The translations under genes were made by a program, and so were the position numbers. Positions 27,248 through 36,515 of a stretch of DNA of 64,000 bases are shown here, one piece after another. Numbering within the stretch: the first letter of the stretch is position 1; the number at the start of each line of letters is the position of its first letter. Source of the stretch: Planctomycetota bacterium (GTDB lineage Bacteria > Planctomycetota > Planctomycetia > Pirellulales > Lacipirellulaceae); assembly GCA_039414355.1 (NCBI GenBank), contig JBCDJN010000002.1:42443-106442 (forward strand), in the 5' to 3' direction. The notes under the pieces were generated by a model. That model was not told the DNA's origin and ran no database searches. It saw nothing but the letters and a program-made list of their open reading frames with translations.

Positions 27248-30200
27248 ATGACCCGAATCCGTTGCAAGTTGAATCGCCCGAGCCGAACGCACGCCGGCGC
27301 TATCGTGGCTTGCCTGGTTGCGGCGTGGTTGCTGGGTATGGGGTGCGATGGGGCCGCGGCGGAGACACCGGAGAGCACCGCAACCGCCGGCTACCGGCGG
27401 GTATTTGTTCCGGCTGACCAGCCTGAGGCTTGGCCCACCGACGGCGCACCGCTGTTACCGGTGGAGGCGGGCGAGCTTTCGCGATTGCTTCAATCCGCCG
27501 CCAAGCCGGCCTCGAAGCTCCTCGTCGAATCGATCGAGCTATCTGGCGAAGCGAACCCGGGCGAACCCGTCGAAGGGGAGGGCGTCCTCCGGCTCCGACT
27601 GATGGGCGACAGCCCCGGCTTCCTCCGCCTACCCGCCGGCCCTATGGCGATTGCCGACGCCCGCTGGGCCGGGACCCAAGAAGTTCCCGCGCAGTGGGGC
27701 TGGTGGCCCACGCCGAAGCCGCCCTACGCCGAAAACGACAACGATCCTAGCCGTCGCGGGCCATCGAACCTTGGCGTGCGTGTCCCGGAGTCGGGCGAGC
27801 TGCGCTTCGGCTTCAAACTCTGGCCCGTCGCCGGGCGGTATCGCGTGCCGCTGCCGCCCGCAAGTCGGCGAAGCCTCACGCTTTCGCTCCCCCCCGGTGC
27901 AACGGTGAGCGGCGAGCAGCTTCTCATCGACCCGGCAGAGGACTCAGAAGCCGACACAGATGCGTCGGCCGGACCAAGGGTTCTGCTGCGCCCCGCGGCC
28001 GGGGCGCCGTTAGCGTTTGTGCTCGCGCGGCCCGCAACCGACCAGCGAACGTCGCCGAGCAACTTGTACTCGTTGAGCGCCGTCGCCTCGCTGGTTGATG
28101 ACGGTGTCGAGTCGGAGTGGCGTGTGCAGCTCCGCGGCGAGAGCCGGTTGCCGGAGTCCGTCGCGATCGTCACGCCGCCGGGACTTGTCGTGCTGGACGC
28201 CACTGTGGACGGCGAGCCGGCAACGGTTCGCCGGCGGAACGATGCGACCGAGGCCTACCGAATCCCCTTAGTCGCTCGGGCGATGCCGACGGAGGCGGTG
28301 ATCACGCTTCGCGCATGGACGCGATTCGACAGCGACCAACAAGCCGTCCTGGGAGCGGTGCAAGTGGAAAACGCGGCCTTCCAAGAAGGCGTTCTGCAGC
28401 TCTCGTCGCCCGAGCCCTGGCGGCTGGCCGACCTGGAACTCTCGAAGGGCGCGCTCGTGGAACCGACCACGGGTTCAAACGACGCCTATTCGCTCCGCCT
28501 ACTCGAGAGCAACGCCCTCGTCACCGTGCGACGGCAAGCGATCCGTCCACCGACTCCTTGCGCTATCGTCCATCGGGTCGGGGCGGGGCGGGTTGTTCTA
28601 CGATCCGAATCTCGGCTGCGACCCTCAGACCCAGACGCGCCAATCTCGCTGCGGCTAAGCGATGGTTGGCGTCTGCTGGAGATTGATGTTCCCGGCGGCG
28701 CGTCGCCCTCGTGGCAAGTCACCGCGGATGGGCGAGGCGGACGCGTCCTTGAGATCGATCCCCTCTCAACGGGCCGCGGGGCGTCGGCCAGCGATGCGTT
28801 GAACATCGTTTTGCGCCGTCAGATGCCGCGCGGCCGCGTGCTGCCACTCCCGTTGGCCATTCCTTTCTGGTCGGCTGCGGAGAGCAGGGACGAGCACCGC
28901 CTGGAGCTGACGGCGATCGCTTCGCACGGGCTTGAGATCGGTCGCACGCTGCCGGGCGCTCCGCCGTTTTGGGCCGAGGGCGGCGTGGTTCAGCGGCTCT
29001 CGCTAAATCTTGGTGACCCCGAGACGAAACGCGATCTCGACGCCAGCCTGCTGGGCGTTCGCTGGCGGCAGCGGCGGTTCCGGGCAGACTGTCGTGTCAC
29101 CGTTCAGCCCGGCGAAGACGGCATGCAGTACCAGGGCGAGGTGACGATCCGCGGCGGGCCCGCGGCCGAGTCGGTAGTCGTTCGTTCCTCACCGCCGCTG
29201 CCCGAATTGGCTCAATGGCGCGACATCGTCACCGGCGCTCCCCTTCCGGCGCGGCTGGTCAGAACCGACGACGCGATGCCTGCTCCTTGGCAACTCTGGG
29301 CGGTGCGAACCCCGGTTGGCGTTGGCGAAACGGTGCTGGGCGTTGACGTGGAACTGGCAGGCGCCGCCAGCGGGGCGGTGCCGTTGCTCTCGGCGCCCGC
29401 CGCCGCGGAGCAATCGGGCGTGGTGACCGTGCGTGGCGTTGCGCCGGCGATGCTCTCCGTGGAAGCCATCGGCCTAAAGGCGACGCCAACGGCCGGCGCC
29501 GACGCCGTTGCCTACCGCTACTCGCCGGCGTCGCTTGATGGCTCGACGAACCCGAATCGCTTCGCGCTGGCATTGGACGATCGAGACGCTTCGGGAGGTT
29601 TGAATCCGGGTGTGGAGATCGTCGGCTTGACTTCGCAGTGGCGACCGCCCGGGCGGACGCTGCACACCGCGATCGTCCGCCGGCGACCCGGCGTCACGAG
29701 CTGGCGGTTCCGCCTGCCCGCGAGTGTCGATGTGGCGGGCGTGGAAGACCCATTGGGCCAGCAGCTCGCCATCGATCGGATTGACGCTGGCGCCGAGAGC
29801 GAAACCGGTACGCGCCAATACTTGCTGCGTTTCGGCGACGAATCCGCGGACGACGATGATTCGCCTCTTCTGTTTCACTACGTGGAGACGTCGGCGGGTG
29901 GCGCGAGCGTCCAACCCACGCTGCCAGAGCCTTGGGCCGCCGCCGGCGTTTGGCAGTGGCGTGTTTCGGTCCCGCAGGACTGGGAGTTCCCTCGCCTCGC
30001 CGCGACGGGCGTCTCTTGGCAGCAACGTCTGCTTGGCCCTGCCGCAAGGCGCCCCGAAGCCGACCCCTTCAACCCGCTCCGCTTGTCGGACTGGGCGGCG
30101 CTCTCTCGCCGCGTTAGGCAAGCCGGCGGCGCCCTCCGCGCCGACAGCACACGAAACGAGGCTCCTGCGGATCAATCGGCAACCGACCAAAGCGGGTGGC

Positions 30201-33200
30201 GTGAAGCAACCTTCGACGCGGTCGACGCGCCACCGGCGGACCTGGTGCTGGCGAACGGAGACTCACGCCGACACACGCACTACGCACTCGGGCTGATGGC
30301 GGCCGCGGTTGGATCGTGGTGCTTCGCCGCGCGGCCGCGGGCTTGGCTGCCCGCCGTCGCCGCGGCGGCGGTGGCGGCGTTGGTGTCGCCCGTTGCGCTG
30401 CTGCCGGCCGCCCAGTGCTTGCTATGGGGATTGGTCGCCGCCGGGCCGCTTGCTTGGCTGCTGGCCCGGCAGCCGCAGCCGAACAAGCGGAGCGACGCGT
30501 CGACCACCGAAACGCTCCGCGGCGCCGCGGCGGCGGCGCCAACGCTCCTCGCCGTGATCCTCGCCCTCGGGCTGGCGGGTCTTGCCGCGGCGTCGCCACC
30601 GGTCGAGCCGGTGTTGATCCCCGTTGATGAAACCGGCGCCCCGGTCGACGAACTCCGGTACCTGCACGCGGACTATCTCAAGCGATTGCTCCTGGCCGAC
30701 GCCAACCGTCGGCGCGGCGCGCCCGCAGACGCGGTGGTGCTCGCCGTGGCGTTAGACGGCGTCTTGCAGCGCGCCTCGGCGGACTCGCCGGTGCGACCCG
30801 GGACTTGGCAGATGACTCTGGAAACGCTGGCCGTCGAGAACGGAGCGCAGTTGACTCTGCCGATCGAACGACCGCCCGCCGGCGAACCCGCGTCGGTCAC
30901 CGTCGACGGGTTGCCCGCGCCGGTCCGGTGGCGTCCCAACGGCGACGCGGAGATCGCCCTGCAGGGTGTGGGGCCGCGGCGGGTGGTGGTCAGCTTCCGC
31001 CCGAGGGTGGTGGTCGCCGATGCGGAGTCGGCCGTGCAGATCGCCGTGCCGCCCGGCGTGCCGCCGACGCTGCGAGTCATGGCGCCGCCCGAGCTGCTCG
31101 ACCTCCGCTGCCCGTTCGCTCTGGGCGTCGACCGCGAAGAGAGCGGCGTGCTCAACGGGGTGCTCGACGGCTCGGGCGAAGCACTCGTCTGCTGGACGGA
31201 GCAGCCGTCGCCCTCGCCCGACACGCTGCCGCAGGTCGATGCGTTGGTCCGCGTCGCCATCCAACCTCAAGGGGTGACCGCGGCCGTGCGACTGCTTGGC
31301 GACGCGTCGGGCGCCCGGCTGGAGTTGCGGACGCCCCGCGGTTGGCAATCGCTCGACCGACCGAAGCTCCGGGCGGTCGCCGTCACCCCAACCGCTTCGC
31401 CGGGCGACGCTCAGCAAGGAGACCAAGTCGCCCGGTTCCGAATCGATCGGCTGAGCCCTCTGGGCATGCTGCATTTGCCAGCGATCACCACGGTCGATGG
31501 GACGGTCCGCAAGACGCTGGTTTCGGTCGACTGCGCTCCCGCGCTCCGCCTCAGCGCCTTGCCAGGCGAGGCCGTCGCGATTGACGAGCTCGAGTTTCTT
31601 GAGCGGTGGCCAAAGGCTGACGAAACGAGCGCCGCCGCACGCTCCGCTGCGGCGCTGGCGCCGGGGGTGACTTGGTCGCTCGCCGTAGGCCCGGCGGCCG
31701 TGAGCAACACGACCTCGCAACAACTGAAAGTCTTGGTCGGCACGTCGATCACACAGACGCAGACGATCGTCTCGGCGGGGCTGCTGCCGGGCCGTCGCCT
31801 GGCGTTCGCGGCGCCGCCGAACTTGCTGATCACCGGCGCCCGCTCGATGGCGACGCCCGAGCGGGACCTGCGTTGGACCCGCCCTACGCCCGATCGCGTG
31901 GTGGTCTGGCTCCCCGCCTCCACCTCAGCGGCGACCGGTGTGGCGTTGACCGGAACGATGCCAACCCCCGAAGGGCCGTTCGCGGCGCCGCTCTTGCAAC
32001 TCTCGGCGCCGTCATCCAGCGAAGCCGATCTGCTGATCGCGCGGACGGAAGACGCCTTGGTCGAGATCGAGTCGAGTGCAGCAGCCAGCAATCCACCCGC
32101 TCGCGTCGACGCCGATGGCGACACGCGGTCGGTCGCGTCGATCCGGTTCTTGGCGAACGCCGACCCGCCGGTCCTCACCGTGACGGAGAACGAACCGCGT
32201 TACCGATCGGACGAGACTTCGCGTTACTCACCCAAAGAGACCGGCCTGACGCTCCGGTGGACCACCGAGTTGACGGTGGTCGAAGGCGTGCTCGGGTCGG
32301 CGCCCGTTGCCATCGACCTTCCGCGGTCGGCAACCGTGAAGCTGGTCGAGCCCGAGACGGCTTCCCTATCGCCGCGGGCTCGCCTTGGACCGGGGCGCGT
32401 GGTCCGTTTCGCGGCGCCACTGCGTCCCGGCCAGTCGCAACAGGTTGTGCTCGAGGCGAGCGTTCCCAGCGCCGCGGCGGGCGCCCTTGCCGCTCCTTGG
32501 GCCCGGCTGCCGGGCGCGACTTCGGGCGAGCAAGTGGTCGTGGCGCCAACAGCCGAGTCCGACGCCGAACGCTTCCAGGTCACCGGCTTAGGCCTCACAA
32601 CCAAAGGCCAGGGCGCCGAGTCCGGCCGGTTCACCGCGCGGCGACGCGGGGCAATCGGTCGTTTGCAGCGGCTGCCCCAGAACCAAGTCACCGCGAAGCC
32701 GACGCCGCTCTTGGCCGAGCACCGGCTCGTGGCGCAACTGCCGGGCGAGCGGGTGGTCGTCTCGCGCCTGAGCCTGCTGCCCCGCGACGCCGAGCGGTGT
32801 CGGCTGGCGCTCAAGCCCGGTTGGAAGCTGCGGACGCTGCGGATCGACGGCGCCGACGCCGTCGTCTCGCGGCCGCCGGGCGACGATGGCGTTTGCGAGT
32901 TCGAGCTCCGCTCGCCGGTCCACCCGCAACGACTCGAGGTGACGTCGGTTGGCCCCGCCGATGGGCCGCTCACCGCGCCGCGCCTCGTCGACTCCGATGG
33001 TGGCGTCGTTTCACCCCTGGCGGAGGTTTGGTCGGCACAAGAGCGCGACGGGTTGACGATCGCGCCGCCAGCCAACGCGGAAGAGATTTTGGAACCGGGG
33101 CTCGCCGAGCTGCGGCTTGGGGTTCTGGCCAAGGTAATCGAGGCCCAGGGGGACAGCCCGGCGGCATGGCGGGGCGTGTGGACGCCGCTGGTTCGAGACG

Positions 33201-33661
33201 CGCTGACCGTGGCGCCGCCCGACGCCGACCCGGCCGCGCGGGAAACGCTGAGCGATTGGCTGGAAGCCGCCGTGCTGGAGTCGCCGCGGAGCGGCACGCC
33301 GCGATCGGATCGAGCAGACAACGAACTCGCCGTCGAGCCCGACTCGTGGCGGCACTTCATGGTCAGCAGCGGCGAGGCTCTCAGCGTTTCATCGAGCCGA
33401 CCGGCGGAGACCGGCGTGCGATTCGTGCTCGCCTTTGCCATCGCAACTGTTCTGATCGCCGGCCGCCAGCGCATCTTCTCCGCCGTGCCGAGCACCCGGC
33501 TGCCGACGTACGGGCCCGGCCTGGCGGCGCTCGCGGGTGTTGCGTGGTGGCTGCTGGCCGAGCCGAGCGTGCTTGGCCTGCTGGTCTTGGCGGCTTCTGC
33601 GGCGGGGCAGGTGGCGGGGTTCTTCAAGGCGGCGTGGCGCCGTCAGGACCTGCTGGGGTGA
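27248..33661 (+). CDS. giant envelope protein 2 (2137 aa): two tandem copies of the module architecture seen in protein 1, fused
   Basis: 6.4-kb stop-free ORF with G/C-ending codons, starting 29 nt after the protein 1 stop. It has a signal peptide (AIVACLVAAWLLGMGCDG). One TM cluster lies mid-protein (about aa 1010-1125) and a second lies at the C-terminus. Confidence 0.85.
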   Translation: MTRIRCKLNRPSRTHAGAIVACLVAAWLLGMGCDGAAAETPESTATAGYRRVFVPADQPEAWPTDGAPLLPVEAGELSRLLQSAAKPASKLLVESIELSGEANPGEPVEGEGVLRLRLMGDSPGFLRLPAGPMAIADARWAGTQEVPAQWGWWPTPKPPYAENDNDPSRRGPSNLGVRVPESGELRFGFKLWPVAGRYRVPLPPASRRSLTLSLPPGATVSGEQLLIDPAEDSEADTDASAGPRVLLRPAAGAPLAFVLARPATDQRTSPSNLYSLSAVASLVDDGVESEWRVQLRGESRLPESVAIVTPPGLVVLDATVDGEPATVRRRNDATEAYRIPLVARAMPTEAVITLRAWTRFDSDQQAVLGAVQVENAAFQEGVLQLSSPEPWRLADLELSKGALVEPTTGSNDAYSLRLLESNALVTVRRQAIRPPTPCAIVHRVGAGRVVLRSESRLRPSDPDAPISLRLSDGWRLLEIDVPGGASPSWQVTADGRGGRVLEIDPLSTGRGASASDALNIVLRRQMPRGRVLPLPLAIPFWSAAESRDEHRLELTAIASHGLEIGRTLPGAPPFWAEGGVVQRLSLNLGDPETKRDLDASLLGVRWRQRRFRADCRVTVQPGEDGMQYQGEVTIRGGPAAESVVVRSSPPLPELAQWRDIVTGAPLPARLVRTDDAMPAPWQLWAVRTPVGVGETVLGVDVELAGAASGAVPLLSAPAAAEQSGVVTVRGVAPAMLSVEAIGLKATPTAGADAVAYRYSPASLDGSTNPNRFALALDDRDASGGLNPGVEIVGLTSQWRPPGRTLHTAIVRRRPGVTSWRFRLPASVDVAGVEDPLGQQLAIDRIDAGAESETGTRQYLLRFGDESADDDDSPLLFHYVETSAGGASVQPTLPEPWAAAGVWQWRVSVPQDWEFPRLAATGVSWQQRLLGPAARRPEADPFNPLRLSDWAALSRRVRQAGGALRADSTRNEAPADQSATDQSGWREATFDAVDAPPADLVLANGDSRRHTHYALGLMAAAVGSWCFAARPRAWLPAVAAAAVAALVSPVALLPAAQCLLWGLVAAGPLAWLLARQPQPNKRSDASTTETLRGAAAAAPTLLAVILALGLAGLAAASPPVEPVLIPVDETGAPVDELRYLHADYLKRLLLADANRRRGAPADAVVLAVALDGVLQRASADSPVRPGTWQMTLETLAVENGAQLTLPIERPPAGEPASVTVDGLPAPVRWRPNGDAEIALQGVGPRRVVVSFRPRVVVADAESAVQIAVPPGVPPTLRVMAPPELLDLRCPFALGVDREESGVLNGVLDGSGEALVCWTEQPSPSPDTLPQVDALVRVAIQPQGVTAAVRLLGDASGARLELRTPRGWQSLDRPKLRAVAVTPTASPGDAQQGDQVARFRIDRLSPLGMLHLPAITTVDGTVRKTLVSVDCAPALRLSALPGEAVAIDELEFLERWPKADETSAAARSAAALAPGVTWSLAVGPAAVSNTTSQQLKVLVGTSITQTQTIVSAGLLPGRRLAFAAPPNLLITGARSMATPERDLRWTRPTPDRVVVWLPASTSAATGVALTGTMPTPEGPFAAPLLQLSAPSSSEADLLIARTEDALVEIESSAAASNPPARVDADGDTRSVASIRFLANADPPVLTVTENEPRYRSDETSRYSPKETGLTLRWTTELTVVEGVLGSAPVAIDLPRSATVKLVEPETASLSPRARLGPGRVVRFAAPLRPGQSQQVVLEASVPSAAAGALAAPWARLPGATSGEQVVVAPTAESDAERFQVTGLGLTTKGQGAESGRFTARRRGAIGRLQRLPQNQVTAKPTPLLAEHRLVAQLPGERVVVSRLSLLPRDAERCRLALKPGWKLRTLRIDGADAVVSRPPGDDGVCEFELRSPVHPQRLEVTSVGPADGPLTAPRLVDSDGGVVSPLAEVWSAQERDGLTIAPPANAEEILEPGLAELRLGVLAKVIEAQGDSPAAWRGVWTPLVRDALTVAPPDADPAARETLSDWLEAAVLESPRSGTPRSDRADNELAVEPDSWRHFMVSSGEALSVSSSRPAETGVRFVLAFAIATVLIAGRQRIFSAVPSTRLPTYGPGLAALAGVAWWLLAEPSVLGLLVLAASAAGQVAGFFKAAWRRQDLLG

Positions 33662-33682
33662 GCCGGGTCGCCGCGGCGCCGA

Positions 33683-34918
33683 TCAGGCGAAGACCGGCTT
33701 GAGGCTCCGCAGCCGCCGGGCGGTCTCCGCCATCAACGCGTCCTCGGCGGCTTCGTCGGCCGCTTCGTAGGTGACGCTGAAACGGAGATACGAACCCGCG
33801 TCGTCCCAGGGCACCGTGCAGATCGACTGCTCGGTAATCAGGTACTGGCTCGCCGCCTCGGCGTTTTCGAATTGCGTGCCGTCCTCCAGCGCCTTGGGCG
33901 ACGGCGTGTAGAGGAAGTACGTGCCGCCGGGCATCTCGCACTGGAAGCCGCAGCCGCGCAAGGTTTCGACAAGCTTCTCCATCCGCCGGCGGTACTTGGC
34001 TCGGACACGCTTGGGGATCTCCGGCGTATCGAGCGCCGCGGCGGCGGCCTTCTGGATCGCGGCGAACTGACCGCAGTCCGTGTTGTCCTTCACGTCGCCG
34101 AACGCGCGGACGATGCGCTCGTTGCCGCACACCCATCCCATCCGCCAGCCGATCATGTCGAAGCCCTTGGACATGGAGTGCACCTCCACCCCCACGTCCT
34201 TCGCCCCCGGCGTGGCGAGGAAGCTGGAGGGCTTACGGTCGAAGCTGATCATGCCGTGCGCGGCGTCCTGGATCACCACCAGCTCGTGCTTCTTGGCGAA
34301 GGCAACCAGCCGCTCGTAGTACTCCGGCGTGGCGGTCTTGCCGGTGGGGCTGTTGGGGAAGCATGTGACCAGCAGCTTGGCCTTCTGCAGGACGTCGCCG
34401 GGGATGCCGTCCAGGTCCGGCAGGAAGTCGTTCTCCGCCAGCAGCGGCAACTTGTGCACCACACCGCCGTAGTAAACGGTGTGCGTGGCCGCCACCGGGT
34501 AGCCGGGCACGGTGATCAGCGTGATGTCGCCCGGGTTGATGAAGCACGCCGGCAGAAGTTGGTACGCGGACTTCGAGCCGATGCAGTGGTTCACTTCGCT
34601 GGCCGGGTCGACCTCCACGCCGAACTCGCGCTGCATGAACCGGGCGACGGCCTGCTTGAACTCGGCGACGCCGTTGTCCGAGTAGCCGCGGTTCTCCGGC
34701 TTGCCGGCCTCCTCAGCGAGCGTGCGGATAGCGACCTCGTCCGCCACGGAGTCGTTCTCGCCGATGCCGAAGTCCAGCAGCCTCCGGTCCGGATAGTCGG
34801 CAATCGCCTTCCGCTTGGCCCGCTTGATCTTCTCGAACTTGTAGATCGCGTTGCTCTTGCCGTACTGGTCGCCACCGATGCGGTTGGCGAAGAGCTGCTG
34901 GAAATAGGGGTCGGACAT
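33683..34918 (-). CDS. dapL: PLP-dependent class I/II aminotransferase, LL-diaminopimelate aminotransferase-like
   Basis: 411-aa ORF. The N-terminus AIYKFEKIKRAKRKAIADYPDRRLLDFGIGENDSV resembles the direct LL-DAP aminotransferase pattern. HSMSKGFDMIGWRMGW contains the PLP-lysine motif (SxSK). Confidence 0.8.
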   Translation of the reverse strand: MSDPYFQQLFANRIGGDQYGKSNAIYKFEKIKRAKRKAIADYPDRRLLDFGIGENDSVADEVAIRTLAEEAGKPENRGYSDNGVAEFKQAVARFMQREFGVEVDPASEVNHCIGSKSAYQLLPACFINPGDITLITVPGYPVAATHTVYYGGVVHKLPLLAENDFLPDLDGIPGDVLQKAKLLVTCFPNSPTGKTATPEYYERLVAFAKKHELVVIQDAAHGMISFDRKPSSFLATPGAKDVGVEVHSMSKGFDMIGWRMGWVCGNERIVRAFGDVKDNTDCGQFAAIQKAAAAALDTPEIPKRVRAKYRRRMEKLVETLRGCGFQCEMPGGTYFLYTPSPKALEDGTQFENAEAASQYLITEQSICTVPWDDAGSYLRFSVTYEAADEAAEDALMAETARRLRSLKPVFA

Positions 34919-35045
34919 GCGTCTTCAATTGAATTAGTTGCGGGCCGAAGAGACCGAGAGACTAACCCACAAGAAAATTAGCGTCGACCGTCCGGCCAGG
35001 GATCGGCGCCCGGTCGTAACCAGGGTGTTAGCCGAAACCAGCGTG

Positions 35046-35909
35046 TCAGCTCGCGCCGTAGAACGCGGCGGCTTCCAGCCCGGCTCGCTCACGCACACGC
35101 GCGGTGATCGCGTCGACCTCTTCGTCCGAAAGCGGGGTGACGATTGACTCCGCCGGCTTGCGGGCCACGGTGTAGACCTGCACCAGCTTGATCCGCCCGC
35201 CGGCGGTGGTGGTTTCGTTCAGCCGGTCGCAGAACGCCTCGATCTCCGCCGGCGTGGGCGGCTCGCCGGCGACGCGCATAAAGAGCGACTGGATGACAAT
35301 CGGCCGCACCTGGGCGGCGGCGGTGATGTTCTGCAGCACCTGGCGGAAGGGGATCTTGGTCCGCTCAATCGTGTGGTAGTACGCCTCGGTGCCGGCGTCG
35401 AGCTTGGCCCAGACCTCGCCGTTGTTCTGATCGAGCACCGCCAGCCCGCGCCGCACGTGCGGCCGGTGGAACATGCTGGCGTTGGTGATCAGCGCCATCT
35501 TCACCGCGTCGAGCCCCAGCTCCCGCTTCACACCGGCGGCCAGCTCCATAAGCTCGTCGAAGTTCTTGTAGGTGGTGGGCTCGCCATCGCCGCTCAAGGC
35601 GATGTCGTTGAGCCGCCGCAGCGGCTGGGGGACCGAGGCGAACTTCTCGGTGCGGAACAACTCGCCGCTCGCCGCGAGGCCAACCACCTCACGCAACTCC
35701 TTCAGCAGCCCGTCGGTCTCGACAAAGCGGGTCTCGCTCTGCGTCGTCCGGTCTACCTGGCAGTAGATGCAATCGAAGTTGCAGACCTTGTCCGGGTTGA
35801 GGTTCACGCCCACCGACACCCCGCCCGACCGCCGGCTGAGCACCGGGTAGACGAAGCGGTTCGCCTCGAAGGTGCGTGGGTGCGAGGTGTGGAGCTGATG
35901 GGTTGCCAT
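35046..35909 (-). CDS. radical SAM protein
   Basis: I chose the ATG at 35909 (MATHQLHTSHP...). CNFDCIYCQ is the CxxxCxxC 4Fe-4S/SAM motif, and GDGEPT is a glycine-rich SAM motif. The long ORF extends to 35981 but would overlap the upstream gene. Confidence 0.88.
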   Translation of the reverse strand: MATHQLHTSHPRTFEANRFVYPVLSRRSGGVSVGVNLNPDKVCNFDCIYCQVDRTTQSETRFVETDGLLKELREVVGLAASGELFRTEKFASVPQPLRRLNDIALSGDGEPTTYKNFDELMELAAGVKRELGLDAVKMALITNASMFHRPHVRRGLAVLDQNNGEVWAKLDAGTEAYYHTIERTKIPFRQVLQNITAAAQVRPIVIQSLFMRVAGEPPTPAEIEAFCDRLNETTTAGGRIKLVQVYTVARKPAESIVTPLSDEEVDAITARVRERAGLEAAAFYGAS

Positions 35910-35913
35910 CGGG

Positions 35914-36339
35914 CTACAACGGGGTCGGAGCTTCGTGTTGGGGGGCTGGAAGGATTCTACGCAGATGCCGCCGCGTGGCATGGGCCATCACCCAGGTGAA
36001 CCAGGACCCCATGCCGCCAATGACCGCCGCGAAGGCCAACACCGGCCGCGGCGGCGAGTCGGGGCCGCCGATCATGGCCCACCCGGCAATAAAGACACAC
36101 CAGAGCGACAGCAACAGGGATACGAACGCGAACGATCCAAAGAAAGCCACTCCTACCACCGCGGCGATGCTCCACCTCCAGCCGCCCGCCGAGGGGGGTT
36201 CGGGAGCGGCGATCGGCGATTGGTAAGGATTCTCGGTGACGATCGGTCCCGGCAATCGCTGGCGTGTTGCCGTCGGCGGCAACCGCTGTCTCGGTGGTTC
36301 AAACGCCCCAACTATCCCCACCGGCCGCGGTCTCGTCAA
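35914..36339 (-). CDS. small membrane protein with NPYQSP motif
   Basis: 141-aa ORF with TENPYQSPIAAPEPP followed by three hydrophobic helices. Its stop lies 4 nt before the radical SAM start. The start codon is uncertain. Confidence 0.55.
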   Translation of the reverse strand: MTRPRPVGIVGAFEPPRQRLPPTATRQRLPGPIVTENPYQSPIAAPEPPSAGGWRWSIAAVVGVAFFGSFAFVSLLLSLWCVFIAGWAMIGGPDSPPRPVLAFAAVIGGMGSWFTWVMAHATRRHLRRILPAPQHEAPTPL

Positions 36340-36515
36340 ACTCGCGACACGGTCATCGCCGGCGAATTGGTCGCCGTTCTGCGCGGCGCATCAACCGCCT
36401 TTGGAGCCCTCGCAGCGCCGGCAGAGTCGACGCGACTTATCCCTTCATCGCGCGGGAATAATCGCCCTGCGTCGGGCGATCCACTGGCGGCGTGGCGGCG
36501 GAGCAGACCTTACTT

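Noticed and set aside
31672-33702. 676-aa plus-strand ORF in an alternative frame of the 2137-aa gene, and the 467-aa minus-strand ORF at 32224-33627
   Set aside because: Both are extremely Arg/Ala/Gly/Pro-rich and lack hydrophobic-core periodicity. Both are nested in the much longer ORF.
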